From Armatimonadota bacterium (GTDB taxonomy: Bacteria; Armatimonadota; Fimbriimonadia; Fimbriimonadales; GBS-DC): 45,029 nt of DNA. Below, piece after piece: positions 29,070-39,800 of this stretch. Positions within the stretch are counted from its first letter, which is position 1; each line of letters opens with the position of its first letter. The notes under the pieces are model-generated. The model did not search any database. It worked only from the letters and a program-made list of their open reading frames with translations, and was not told where the DNA came from. The translations under genes and the position numbers were made by a program. The DNA lies in assembly GCA_037442385.1 (NCBI GenBank), contig JBBIQJ010000003.1:1-45029 (forward strand), written 5' to 3'.

Positions 29070-29855
29070 ATGTATGGCGCGACGCTGGGCGTGATTGCCG
29101 ACTGGGTTCGGGCGCTTAACCTGCCGGTTCGGTTGCTCCAGCCGCGTGGGGTGGACGCGCACGAGGCGGCGCTCACCGTGCGGATGGTACAGCAGGCGGT
29201 GCGTTGTCGTCGGATTATTGCGATTGGGGGTGGGTTGGAGGGCTATCTGGATGCGCTCAGGCGCGCCCTGCGCCCCGCGCGGATCCCCATCATGGAGTTA
29301 GCCCATCTGGAAAGCCACTCTCAGTCCGACACCCATCCCCATCACGCATCCGTGAGCCTGCACCTCTGGCTCGATGTGGAGCGGTCGCGTGCGAGCTGTG
29401 AACGCATTTACGGGTGGGCGCAGGCGGATGGGCTTGCCGATGCGCAGGTGCGTTCGGGCTGGCGTCGGACGCAGCTGCGCTTTCGCCAGTTGCAGGGCGC
29501 GATTCAAAGCCTGCGCCCGCTCGTGCAGGGCAAAGCCTATATCGCGGTGCATGACGCTTACCGTCCGCTAACGGAAATACTCGGCATGCGCTCGCTGGGA
29601 AGCCTTCAGCCTGATGAGGAAACACCGCCAAACTTACAAAAACTGCACGCGTTGATTCGGATTGCCCGTCGTGAGCCTGTGCTGTTTGTGCTGAGCCACA
29701 CAGAGCGTGGCGTGGGTGCAACGCTCGCGCGAATCCTTAAGATACCGCTCGTGCTTGCCGATACTTTAGAGCAAGTGGAGCCTCATCGCGACTACTTCCA
29801 GCGGTTTCTGGACCTGCTGGCGTCGCTGGAGGCGGGCGTGCGGGCGCATGGTTGA
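29070..29855 (+). CDS. ZnuA/TroA-like metal-binding protein lacking a signal peptide
   Basis: P.GVDAHE, IG.GLE.Y, His-rich loop, HLWLD, HDAY, DTLE; no hydrophobic N-terminus. Confidence 0.72.
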   Translation: MYGATLGVIADWVRALNLPVRLLQPRGVDAHEAALTVRMVQQAVRCRRIIAIGGGLEGYLDALRRALRPARIPIMELAHLESHSQSDTHPHHASVSLHLWLDVERSRASCERIYGWAQADGLADAQVRSGWRRTQLRFRQLQGAIQSLRPLVQGKAYIAVHDAYRPLTEILGMRSLGSLQPDEETPPNLQKLHALIRIARREPVLFVLSHTERGVGATLARILKIPLVLADTLEQVEPHRDYFQRFLDLLASLEAGVRAHG

Positions 29856-29897
29856 ATTTCACCGCGCCCTGTGGAATAAGTTCTGTGGGGCACGTTC

Positions 29898-31361
29898 ATG
29901 GCTTGTGGATGGGTCAGCGCGGTTTTGTGGCTCTCGGTGGGGCTGTACGGCTACCTGATCGTGCATCACAGCCTGCAGGCATACCTCTCACGCCAACGGG
30001 CGATTAATCTCCGCCTCGTGGGATTCCTCATCACCAGCCTGATTTTCTCGCTGGTGGACAGTTTTCTCTATCAAACAACGCCTCAACCCCCTCCCAATGC
30101 TTACTGGCTTACCATAGCGCAGTTCCTGACATCTTCGGCATGTGCCGTTTTCTTTGTGGAGATAATAAGCAACCTCTACCAGCTGAATCTCTGGCGTGGG
30201 GTACGCTGGCTGTGGTTTTCGCTCGTGCCGCTGACCGCTTTCAGCGGGATGGGATGGGTTATTGAGCCTGAACTGAAGCGCCTTTATCTGCCTTTGATAG
30301 GCACTTATTACTGGCATGGCGAGAGTAGCGGGTTGGGAGTGGCTTTTTCGTTACTCTATCTGGGGAATTTTATCTGGGCGTTTGGAGCCGTGTTTCGGAA
30401 CTGGGGACGGCTCACCACCGACTCACGAATCACGCTGGGCGCGATGAGCGTGATCATTCCTCTTGTACTGGTGGATATACTGGTCTACTATGGGGTCTTA
30501 GCGTTAGTCCCCACATGGAATATGGCATACTGGGTGCTGGCGGTCGCGATGTCGATCCACTTGAACCTGCAGATTTATCGGCTTTCTCAGGAGCTGGAGC
30601 AGGCAAACGCCGAGCTGGAGAGCGCGTATCGGCAAGTGATTGAACATGAGCGCCTGAGTACGATTGGACAGGTGGTGCGCGGGATTGTGCATGACTTGAA
30701 AAACTTTTTCAACACGATTCAGTCGCTGGCGGATGTGGGGGTGATGCGAGCGAAACGCGATCCTGCGTTTCAATCGGAAAAATATTTTGAGAACATCGGG
30801 CAGTCCACGCGCCGGGCGCACCAGTACCTGTTGGATCTGCTGGAGATGACCCGCGAGGAAAGCCAGCTTAAGGTAGAACCTGTGGAAGTGGCGGCGGTGG
30901 TGAACGAGGTGGCGAAGCTCTCAGGCGCACGCCTGATGAACCCCCCAGTGGAGATTGTGAATCACATCCCGCGCACCCTGGTGATGGAAGCCGATCGCCG
31001 CTACCTCATGCAGATGTTCCTGAACCTCACGCTGAACGCCATTCAGGCGATGAAGCACTGGCACGGCGAACGGCGCATTGAGTTCAACTGGGTGGAACAC
31101 CCGGAGCAGACCATTCTGGTGGTAAGCGACACCGGCCCCGGACTGCCGCCCGAAGTGCGCGACCATCTGTTCGAGCAATCCGTCACGACGAAGCAGGGCG
31201 GCAATGGGATTGGGCTGATGCTGGTGCGCCGCGCGCTGGAAAAACATGGCGCCAGCGTGCAGGTTCACTCCGAGTTAGGGAGGGGCACACAGTTCGTGTG
31301 TGTGTTCCCTGTGCCGCCGCGACTGATGTCGGTGGGTGAGCAGGTGAGTGTGGTGGCGTGA
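29898..31361 (+). CDS. Membrane sensor histidine kinase (about 7 TM input domain)
   Basis: Hydrophobic N-terminal half, IVHDLKN H-box, NLTLNAIQAM, DTGPG, TTK.GGNGIGL. Confidence 0.9.
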   Translation: MACGWVSAVLWLSVGLYGYLIVHHSLQAYLSRQRAINLRLVGFLITSLIFSLVDSFLYQTTPQPPPNAYWLTIAQFLTSSACAVFFVEIISNLYQLNLWRGVRWLWFSLVPLTAFSGMGWVIEPELKRLYLPLIGTYYWHGESSGLGVAFSLLYLGNFIWAFGAVFRNWGRLTTDSRITLGAMSVIIPLVLVDILVYYGVLALVPTWNMAYWVLAVAMSIHLNLQIYRLSQELEQANAELESAYRQVIEHERLSTIGQVVRGIVHDLKNFFNTIQSLADVGVMRAKRDPAFQSEKYFENIGQSTRRAHQYLLDLLEMTREESQLKVEPVEVAAVVNEVAKLSGARLMNPPVEIVNHIPRTLVMEADRRYLMQMFLNLTLNAIQAMKHWHGERRIEFNWVEHPEQTILVVSDTGPGLPPEVRDHLFEQSVTTKQGGNGIGLMLVRRALEKHGASVQVHSELGRGTQFVCVFPVPPRLMSVGEQVSVVA

Positions 31362-31422
31362 ATTGGCGCTACCCTTGCTACATCTGGTGTCGGGTTGCCG
31401 CTCAGGTATAATCTTTCCCATC

Positions 31423-31683
31423 ATGGGCTGGTGGAAGAAGACCGACTTCTGGATTGCGATCATTCTCTTCGCTATAGGGATTATCGGGCTGGCGCGTGGC
31501 AACGAAGCGATTGCTGACCCGGGGCAGGATGTGGACCCCCGCCTGGCGTGGCTCTACCTGCTCGCAGCCGTGATTATGGTGGTGAACGGCATCCTTTCTC
31601 ATCGCCAGCACCTGCGCGATCTGGAAGCGGAAAAAGCGAAACAGTCCCAGAAAACCAGCCAACAGGAGGTTCCGAGTCGATGA
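31423..31683 (+). CDS. Small hypothetical membrane protein (2 TM)
   Basis: Two hydrophobic helices; a GGTATAAT -10 lies 10 nt upstream; ATGA overlap with the next gene. Confidence 0.75.
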   Translation: MGWWKKTDFWIAIILFAIGIIGLARGNEAIADPGQDVDPRLAWLYLLAAVIMVVNGILSHRQHLRDLEAEKAKQSQKTSQQEVPSR

Positions 31684-31961
31684 TCCACTGTGCCGAATGT
31701 GGCAAACCGCTGGAAAAAGTGCCGCTCTGGTTCGAGACGGTTGCCATCCGCTTTGTATGTGATAACTGCCGTAAGGTCAACCCCAGTCTCTGGCTTTCTG
31801 CAGCGGTAGACGAGGAAGAAGAGAAGATTCTGCCTGAGGACGATCAAGAGCGCCCGTTTGTGGAGGGCGAGGTGAGCCTTGAGGATCTGGCAGAAGAAGA
31901 CCGCAAGCGCCTGCTGGGGGATGACCTGTTTGACGCCGAAGAAGAGCCAGAAGCCGAATGA
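31680..31961 (+). CDS. Hypothetical zinc-ribbon protein with acidic C-terminal tail
   Basis: CAEC...CDNC, then D/E-rich tail; GGAGG SD; ATGA overlaps on both sides. Confidence 0.8.
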   Translation: MIHCAECGKPLEKVPLWFETVAIRFVCDNCRKVNPSLWLSAAVDEEEEKILPEDDQERPFVEGEVSLEDLAEEDRKRLLGDDLFDAEEEPEAE

Positions 31962-33028
31962 CGCCCCAGTTCCGCGCCATAGCGCCGCATGAGCAGCCTG
32001 CGTGCCTGCAGCTCTGGACGCAGGTGTTCTCGCCGGGCGCGGACTACTTTGTGCGCTACTTTGAAGAGCCACTGTGGAAACCCGAATATACGCGCGTGTG
32101 CGAGGTGGGCGGGCAGCTGGTCGCGGCGGTGCAGCTCGTGCGCCGCGCGGTACGCCTGAACGGACAAGCGGTGCCCATGGCGGGGATTGCGAATGTGGCG
32201 ACCCTGCCTGAATACCGTGGGCGCGGCTTCTCCACCCAGCTGCTGCGCGATGCCCAGCGCGTGATGGACACCGAAGACTTTCTGTTCGGCTTGCTGTTCA
32301 CGGGCATCCACGACTTTTATGCGCGGCTGGGCTGGGAGCGGGTGCCGTTTCCCCTGTGGACTGCAACACCCCGGCCCGTGGCTCTGGACGGCTGGCGGTT
32401 CCGCACTGCCGAACCCGACGATTTGCCTCCGGTACAGTGCTGGTACGCCCAGACCTACGCCGACCGTCCGCTGAGCGTGGTGCGCGACGACGCCTACTGG
32501 CGCATCTGGACACGCTGGAACGACCCGAGCTGGCGACGCGCCTTCTACATCGCTGAGGACCCGCTCACCGCTCGCGGCTATCTCGTGCTGGAGACCCACC
32601 ATCGTATGCTGCCCGACGGCACACGCCGGGTTTCCGCCATTTCGGTTCAGGAGGTGGGCGCCGCGCCCGATGATACCGAAGCGTTCCAGAAACTGATTGG
32701 TTTCGCGGTCCAGATGGCGGTGAGCGCCGAAGCGGAGCAGGTGCGCTTCTTTTTGCCCCGAAGTGATGTGGAGCGGTGGGTGCGTCCACTTCTGCCCGAA
32801 ATATCGCCTCAGCCGATGGGGAGCGCGATGGTTCGGGTTGGTGTGCTGGAGCGTTTGTGGGAGGCGTTTGAGCAGTTTGGCGCTCAGGCGCGGGCGGCGG
32901 CACAGCAGCTGCCCCCTGCGCTGGCGCTCGCCTGGCTGTTCGGTCTGGAGCTGCCCGAAATCCCCAGCGCGTTTTACACTCTCCTGCCGCCGCGCCCTGC
33001 CTGCTACTCGCCCGTCGATTCATTTTGA
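31958..33028 (+). CDS. GNAT N-acetyltransferase, Eis-like tandem GNAT
   Basis: AGIANVATLPEYRGRGF, LF....FYARLGW, second degenerate GNAT (R.DAYW). Confidence 0.85.
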   Translation: MTPQFRAIAPHEQPACLQLWTQVFSPGADYFVRYFEEPLWKPEYTRVCEVGGQLVAAVQLVRRAVRLNGQAVPMAGIANVATLPEYRGRGFSTQLLRDAQRVMDTEDFLFGLLFTGIHDFYARLGWERVPFPLWTATPRPVALDGWRFRTAEPDDLPPVQCWYAQTYADRPLSVVRDDAYWRIWTRWNDPSWRRAFYIAEDPLTARGYLVLETHHRMLPDGTRRVSAISVQEVGAAPDDTEAFQKLIGFAVQMAVSAEAEQVRFFLPRSDVERWVRPLLPEISPQPMGSAMVRVGVLERLWEAFEQFGAQARAAAQQLPPALALAWLFGLELPEIPSAFYTLLPPRPACYSPVDSF

Positions 33029-33030
33029 CG

Positions 33031-34797
33031 ATGACTCTGGAAATTGGGCTGACGCTGGGGCTGCTTGTTGGCGCGATAGCGCTGTTTATCAGCAATCGGT
33101 TTCCCCCCGAAGTGGTCGCGCTCATTTTGCTGGTGACCCTGCTGATGAGTGGATTGGTCTCCCCAGAGCAGGGTTTGAAGGGGTTCAGCAACCCTGCGGT
33201 GGTTACCATCGCGGGCATGTTCGTATTGAGCGAGGGTCTGCGTCGCACAGGTGTTATCGAGCAGATTGTGCGCGTTCTGGAGCGGGTGGGGCGTCGGAGT
33301 GCGTGGCTGGCGATGGTGCTGTTGCTGCTGGGAGCCGCGGCGCTCTCGGCGTTTATGAACAACACCGCCGTCGTGGCGTTGTTGATCCCCGTCGTATTGA
33401 GCATGGCGCAGTCGGCGAATCAGAGTCCCTCGCGCTGGCTGATACCACTCTCCTACGCTTCGATGTTCGGCGGGGTCTGCACGCTTATTGGGACCTCCAC
33501 CAACCTGCTGGTGAGCGGAGTGGCGGAACAACGGGGTCTGGCGCCGTTGGGGATGTTTGAGTTCACGCCGCTGGGGCTGATTTTCACGGGGGTTGGCATG
33601 CTCTATCTGCTGACCATCGGGATGCGTCTTTTGCCTGACCGTCGTGCGCAGGCGGATCCCGCTCAGGCATATCAGCTGGGGCGCTACCTGATGGAGGTGG
33701 TAGTGAGCGAGACGGCAAAGTCGGCGGGCAAGCCTTTGCTGGAGGCGGACTTCGTGCGCGAGTTGGGTGTGGAGGTGCTGGATATCTGGCGCAACGGCGT
33801 CCGCCTGCTACCGTTGCCCGACCGCCTGATTCAGAAAGGCGATATATTGCGGGTGCGCTGCCCGCTGAACAAGCTGGAGGCGCTCCAGTCGCGCTATGGG
33901 CTGACCCCGCTGCCCGAGGCGCAGTTTCATGAGGAGCCAGAAGATTATCTGCTTGCCGAGGTGGTGATTACGCCGAACGCTTCGCTGATAGGCAGGTCGC
34001 TCAAGCAGGCACGGTTCCGCAATCGTTTTGGCGCCACCGTGCTGGCGTTGCGCCACCGTCAGGAGACGTTGCTGGAGCAGATTGCCGATGTGCCCCTGCA
34101 GGCGGGCGACACCCTGCTGATTCGGGCCCCACGCGAGCGCCTCGTGGAAATTGCCCAGCATCCCGATTTTCTGTTGGTTTCCCAACGCGAAGTCAGCCCT
34201 GTGCGTTCGGGGCAGGCGCTGCTGGCAAGCGCGATTATGGCGGGCGTGATTGTGGTCGCCTCGCTGGGATGGCAGCCGACAGCGGTTGCGGCGCTGGGCG
34301 GCGCCCTGCTGATGGTGCTGACCCGATGCCTCAAGCCTGAAGAAGCGGTTCAGGCGGTTGACTGGCGGCTGATGGTGATGCTGGGGGGCATGCTGGCGCT
34401 GGGCACGGCGATGGAAACCACGGGCGCCGCCCGATGGCTGACCACCCAGATGATGCACACACTGGGTAATCTGGGACCCTATGTGGCGCTGGCGGCGTTC
34501 TACCTGCTCACCTCGCTGCTGACCGAGATGATGTCCAATAACGCGACGGCGGTGCTGATGGCGGCGCTGGCGATTGAGGTCGCCAGCACACTGGGCGTAG
34601 ACGCGCGCCCATTTCTGTTTGCAGTCGCTTACGCCGCCTCCTCCAGCTTCATGACCCCTGTGGGCTATCAGACCAACACGATGGTGTTCGGCGTGGGGCA
34701 GTATGAGTTTCGCGATTTTGTGCGTGTAGGGGCGCCGCTGAACCTGCTCTTCTGGCTGCTCGCCAGCCTGTTGATACCCTACTTCTGGGGGTTTTAG
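33031..34797 (+). CDS. SLC13/CitMHS-type permease with two TrkA-C (RCK_C) domains
   Basis: [51 protein letters not shown]. Start is TTG 33025 or ATG 33031. Confidence 0.9.
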   Translation: MTLEIGLTLGLLVGAIALFISNRFPPEVVALILLVTLLMSGLVSPEQGLKGFSNPAVVTIAGMFVLSEGLRRTGVIEQIVRVLERVGRRSAWLAMVLLLLGAAALSAFMNNTAVVALLIPVVLSMAQSANQSPSRWLIPLSYASMFGGVCTLIGTSTNLLVSGVAEQRGLAPLGMFEFTPLGLIFTGVGMLYLLTIGMRLLPDRRAQADPAQAYQLGRYLMEVVVSETAKSAGKPLLEADFVRELGVEVLDIWRNGVRLLPLPDRLIQKGDILRVRCPLNKLEALQSRYGLTPLPEAQFHEEPEDYLLAEVVITPNASLIGRSLKQARFRNRFGATVLALRHRQETLLEQIADVPLQAGDTLLIRAPRERLVEIAQHPDFLLVSQREVSPVRSGQALLASAIMAGVIVVASLGWQPTAVAALGGALLMVLTRCLKPEEAVQAVDWRLMVMLGGMLALGTAMETTGAARWLTTQMMHTLGNLGPYVALAAFYLLTSLLTEMMSNNATAVLMAALAIEVASTLGVDARPFLFAVAYAASSSFMTPVGYQTNTMVFGVGQYEFRDFVRVGAPLNLLFWLLASLLIPYFWGF

Positions 34798-34835
34798 CGG
34801 TGGGGGCGTCAACCCACAAGTTCCGATGTCCTCTG

Positions 34836-34864
34836 GCAGGAATATTGTTGGCTCAACACGAACC
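34836..34864 (+). promoter_or_regulatory. SigH-like promoter motif GCAGGA-N18-GAACC
   Basis: Intergenic, upstream of GGAGG SD/ATG 34887; spacer is 1 nt longer than in the other copies. Confidence 0.45.
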
Positions 34865-34886
34865 ATGAGCGCGCGGAGGCTATCCG

Positions 34887-36839
34887 ATGCGTTGGAGGCT
34901 GCTGCTTTTGGGGATGGTTTGCGCATCTGTTTGGGCGCAGAGCGCCCTGAATCCCAGCGAAGACGAGAGGCTGAACCAGAAATTCTCGGTGCGTGCTGTG
35001 GGGTTGCCCTTGCGCGACCTGCTGACACAACTGAGCCAGCGCACGAAGGTCGCGCTCAAAGTAGAGCCAGCTCTGCAGGAGTATCGTGCGTGCCTGTACG
35101 CGAAAGAGAAGCCTTTGAGCGAAATTCTGCGCCATCTGGCGGAGGCGTTCGGGTTTTATTGGAAACGCGAAAAACCCTCTGAAGAGGAGCCGTACCAGTA
35201 TCGCCTTGTCGCGCCGCCCGTGGAAAAGGCTGCGACTCGTGAGAGCGACCTGGGCGTGTTTCGTGAGAAGGTGCTGGCGCCCGTGTGCGCGCAACTGCAG
35301 ATACCGATTGAGGCGCGATTAGAACAGCTCAAGCAGGTCGCGGAGCAGGGAGGGGGCACGCCCTCTCCAAAAGAGCTGGAGGCGTTGATGCCCGTATTTC
35401 GTTCCGTAGACCCGCTTAGCCTTGCGGCGTGGCACGCCCTCTGCCAGATGAGGGAAGACGAATGGCACCGACTGGCACAGGGAGAGGCGCTCTTCTTCAG
35501 CACGCGCGTTCCCAACCAGATTCCCCCCAGAGCGATAGACGAGTGGAAAGCCGTGATGGGGGAGATCTTGAAATCTGATGAAAATGAGCATGGCGCAGGC
35601 GAGGGGCGCCTGCACCAGTTGGCGAAGCTTAAGACCGCCAATGAACTGCGCGCAATGGTGCGATATGATGCGAGCGACAAAGCCCTCAAAGTCGCTTACG
35701 AAGCGCTGGCGGATGGAAACCCGGTGGTTGTGGACAGATCGCAGTCTGCCTTTCCTGAGATAATCCTCTGGACTGTTCGTGAGCCTGTTCGCCGAACGCT
35801 ACACCAGGAACCGGAACCGACCTTACCTGCGAAGCACCCTGTGCTTTCGCGCGCCCTCACCCAGTTCAAAGAGCCAGGTCCTCACGACGACTGGTTCCAG
35901 TGGCTTTCGGAGCTGATGGTGCAAATGGCAGAAACAACCGATGCGCCTCTGGCAGCCGAGTATTACCCCCTGCAGACCGACTCGATAGTGATGCAGGACT
36001 GGTACAGATACCGCCCCCGCCTGCCACAGGATTGGTACGCTTTTCAGAATTTGCTACGGGTATTTGGTTATCGCACTCGGCTGAGCGACTCCGGCTGGGT
36101 GGTGATAGAGAGCCGTCAGCGCGAATATGCCCGCGAGAACGACATCCCCCATCCTGTATTGCAACGCTGGCTATTCAAACCCAACCGTCGGGGCGTGCTC
36201 ACTTTCGACGAGTGTGCCGAGGTGGCGGTGCTTTCATCGTATCAAAGAGACGCGCTTTATATGTATATTCAGTCCTTTGCGTATCTGAACGACCTGCTTG
36301 GAGGGGTTGTTCCGTATGTTCCTGCGGAGCTGGATTTCCTGCACGGGGGATTACTGTATGCCCAACGCACGATTGTTTGGCTTCAGTGGGAGCGTGGTTC
36401 TACCCTGCCTGCGCCCCTGCCTGAAGAGGGCATTCTGTACGCGATGCAGCTCTATGCTTCGCTCAAGCCCGCCCAGCGCACCCAGTTGCGGGCAGGGGGG
36501 CTCCCGTTCAACCAGCTGACCCCAGCCCAGCAGTGGCTGTTTCTGCTGGCGTACACGCGGGGCAACCTGCTAACGCTGGACGACTTCTGGCTGCCACCAG
36601 CCCAGTTGCAAGCACGGATGCAGAGCGCCTCTATGCGCCTTATGAGTGAAACCCGCGTCCAGGAAGGTGTGCGCATCCCCGCTGACCAGAAGCCACCCAT
36701 CCGTACGCTGGAAGACTGGAAGCGCTACCATCGCCAGGTGCGTCTTGAGAAAACCCCCATGCGTGTTCAGGTGTGGCGGTTTGAACTGCAGTGGGGCGAG
36801 GATAGACGCGAGATTGTGCTGGAACTGCCTGTGAAGTGA
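34887..36839 (+). CDS. Hypothetical secreted protein with N-terminal secretin/STN-like segment
   Basis: Signal peptide (MRWRLLLLG...AQ); RLNQKFSV....PLRDLL.QLSQRT.V.L.V resembles STN/N0 domains; the rest is unrecognised. Confidence 0.7.
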   Translation: MRWRLLLLGMVCASVWAQSALNPSEDERLNQKFSVRAVGLPLRDLLTQLSQRTKVALKVEPALQEYRACLYAKEKPLSEILRHLAEAFGFYWKREKPSEEEPYQYRLVAPPVEKAATRESDLGVFREKVLAPVCAQLQIPIEARLEQLKQVAEQGGGTPSPKELEALMPVFRSVDPLSLAAWHALCQMREDEWHRLAQGEALFFSTRVPNQIPPRAIDEWKAVMGEILKSDENEHGAGEGRLHQLAKLKTANELRAMVRYDASDKALKVAYEALADGNPVVVDRSQSAFPEIILWTVREPVRRTLHQEPEPTLPAKHPVLSRALTQFKEPGPHDDWFQWLSELMVQMAETTDAPLAAEYYPLQTDSIVMQDWYRYRPRLPQDWYAFQNLLRVFGYRTRLSDSGWVVIESRQREYARENDIPHPVLQRWLFKPNRRGVLTFDECAEVAVLSSYQRDALYMYIQSFAYLNDLLGGVVPYVPAELDFLHGGLLYAQRTIVWLQWERGSTLPAPLPEEGILYAMQLYASLKPAQRTQLRAGGLPFNQLTPAQQWLFLLAYTRGNLLTLDDFWLPPAQLQARMQSASMRLMSETRVQEGVRIPADQKPPIRTLEDWKRYHRQVRLEKTPMRVQVWRFELQWGEDRREIVLELPVK

Positions 36840-36864
36840 AGCCTTTTCTCTGTTCCCTCGTCAA
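36838..36864 (+). promoter_or_regulatory. ECF-type promoter GAAGC-N16-CGTCAA upstream of alpha-2-macroglobulin
   Basis: Same spacing as the motif upstream of the ECF gene. Confidence 0.45.
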
Positions 36865-36896
36865 ACCAATAGTACAACCGGGAGGGAACCGAAGGG

Positions 36897-39800
36897 ATGT
36901 TCACATCGCGATGGCGGCACGGATTGCTGGGCGTTGTGATTCTCGTGCTGGTGCAGTTCTATGCCGTTGCAGAGTTGATTCAAAACGAACCGCCTCGAGG
37001 TACGCTGATGGGGCACGTGTTTTCCAGTCGCACGCTCCAGCCCATTCCCAGAGCGGAAGTCAGGCTGGTGCTGCAGAAGCGCCTGCCCGAAAAATCTCCC
37101 GAAGGCTCGCAACGCAGGGCGCTTTTGCGGGAGCAGGGACGGATTGAAGAAGACCGCGATGAGGTGGGTTCCATCTGGTCGGTGCGCACGGACGCTCAGG
37201 GACGGTTCGCACTGCGCGGGATTCCTGCGGGGGTCTATCGGCTCTCTGCCTACTCTCAAGCGCATTCGCTTCGAAACCCGCCTTACCATGACGAGATCGA
37301 GGTCGCCATTCCCGAAGGCACGCGTGTGGAGAAAGACCTCTACCTCCAGCCGGACTCGGACTTTATGGAGCTGATTTATCCGCAGGCTGTTTACTACCCC
37401 AATGAACCCCTGAAGATAGGCGTGCGCGGCTTCACGCAGGAAGACGAGATGGAGGTGACTCTGCTTGCGCTCAAAGGCAATCGCGCCCCTTCGCAACGAC
37501 TGATGCGCCTACTGGAGACCCTGCGCTTCGGCTGGTGGCACTCCTCCAGAGAGCTGCGCGAGGCGATGGACACGCTTGCCGATGCGTTCCAGCCCTTGTG
37601 GTCGCAACGGATGCCGATTACTGGGCGCGATCCAGAAGGGGTGTTCACACGCTACATCGAGTTGCCGCGCCAGCCTGAGGGGGTCTATCTCGCCCGTATC
37701 GTTGCAGGCGAACTGGAACGCGCCGCAGTGGTGGTCGTCAGCCGATTTGGGATTGTTTTCAAGCAAGACGGCGAACAGATGGAGTTCTGGTGCGCCGACC
37801 TCAAAACGGGGCAGCCTGTGCCCGATGTGCCTTTACAGCTCTGGGAGTCGCCCGGACGCACGCTCCAGAAACTGGGCGAAGGGCGCACCGACGCGCAGGG
37901 ATTTTGGCGCGTTCAGGAAGGCAGAGGCGAAAGGATTTACCTTTTCGCGCTCTCTCCCGACGGCGCACGCCTTATTCACTGGGCGTCGGGCTACAGTTAC
38001 AGGCGCAGCGACACCCCCCTGTATGGAGCAATCTACACCGACCGACCCATCTACCGCCCTGGGCACGCCATTCACTATAAGGGCATCGTACGCCTGCAAA
38101 CCCCACAGGGCTACACCATCCCGCCCCCCAACACCCCGGTGGAGGTGGAAGTGGTAGATCCCCGCGATGAGACCTATACGAAGCAAACCCTCACACTCAA
38201 CGAGTACGGCGCATTCTCTGGCGCTTTCACCCTGTTGCCCGAATCGTCCACAGGATATTACACCATATTTGCTAAAGTGGGTGACTACGGCACGATTGAT
38301 CAAAGCATCCCTGTGAGCGCCTATCGTAAGCCGAGCTACCGCATTCAGGCGCGCCCCAGTAAAGCCTTCTATCTCGAAGACGAAACAATAGAGGTGGAGG
38401 TCTACACCGAATACTACTTCGGCATGCCCGTGCCGAACACGAAAATCGAGTATGAGGTCTATCGTGAGCCACGGATTTCGGACGATTACGGCTGTATTGT
38501 GTGCAACGGACCGCCGTGGCAGGAGACGGGCGGGGTTTATGGTGAGGAGGTGCTGACAGGCGAGGCAACGACCGATGGGCAGGGACGCCTGACGCTCCGA
38601 TTCCGTGCGCGCGACCTGCTCCCCAAACAAGAGACCGAAACGCTTGGGACGGAGCCGTACCCCTTCACGCTGAGCCTGTCGGGCCTAAGCGAGGGCTGGG
38701 AAGCAGCAAAAGCCAGAGTGAAGTTTTCCGTAGCGCCATGTGTGTGGGAAATCCGCATCAAGCCCGAATACTGGTTCGGCGAGCCGAATCAACCGTATCG
38801 TGTCGAAGTGCAGGTGCGGGACCTGCGCACGAACCAGCCCGTGCAGACCACCCTGCAGGTGAAGGTGGGGCGCTTCACATGGGCAGGACGCTATCGCGTA
38901 ACGGAATATCCCTTCCGCCAGGCAATTCAGACCGATGCCCACGGTAAAGCCGTTCTGGACTGGACACCCCCCGAATCGGGCGACTGGCAGCTGGTGGTCT
39001 CGGCTCAGGACCCCACAGGCAGGCGATGTGAGGAAAGCGCCACGCTCTGGGTTTTTGAGCGCACCTATCGGGGTGGGGAAGTATCTGATTCCCGCAACCC
39101 CCTGGAAGTGCGCCTACAGAAAGAGCATTATATGCCCGGAGAGAGCGTGGAGGTTGCCATTCGTTCGCCCTACCCTGACGCGGTATATTATGTAAGTCTG
39201 GAGGGCGAGCGGCTTTTTCAGTCGAGGATTGTGAAGGTGACAGGGAGCCTTACCCGCGTGAGAATCCCGCTCACCGAGGCGCAAATCCCCACTGCCTATG
39301 TGAGCGTATGCATGGTGCGCAACAAACAGCTCTATCAGCGCACACTGAATGTGTCGGTGGGCACACAGGACACGGAACTCAACATCAGGGTTCAGACCGA
39401 CCGCACTCACTATGCGCCGCGCGACACCGTGCAGGTGCGCATTCAAACCACCGATGCGCAGGGGCGTCCCGTTCCTGCAGAACTCTCGCTGGCGGTGGTG
39501 GACGAGGGCATCTACGCGATTATGGAAGATGACCCCCATCGGCTGCGCCATGCCTTCTATGCGCACAGGTCTAACAGGGTGTACACCAGCTTCTCAGCGC
39601 CCTATCTGGCGCTTCAGGGCGACAAGGGTGAAGCGGAAGATACACGCCGCAACTTCCCCGACACCGCCTTCTGGCTGCCTCACCTGCGCACCAATCCACA
39701 GGGTGTCGCGCAAGCCACCTTCCGCCTGCCCGATAACCTGACCGAGTGGCGGCTCACCGTATGGGGGCACACGCTGAAAACGCAGGTCGGCTACGCAAAA

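Noticed and set aside
33808-35028. Long antisense ORFs (also 1352-2344, 6586-7539, 11345-12244, 24782-25579 and others)
   Set aside because: They are shadows of well-supported genes on the opposite strand, expected in GC-rich DNA, and have no recognisable motifs.
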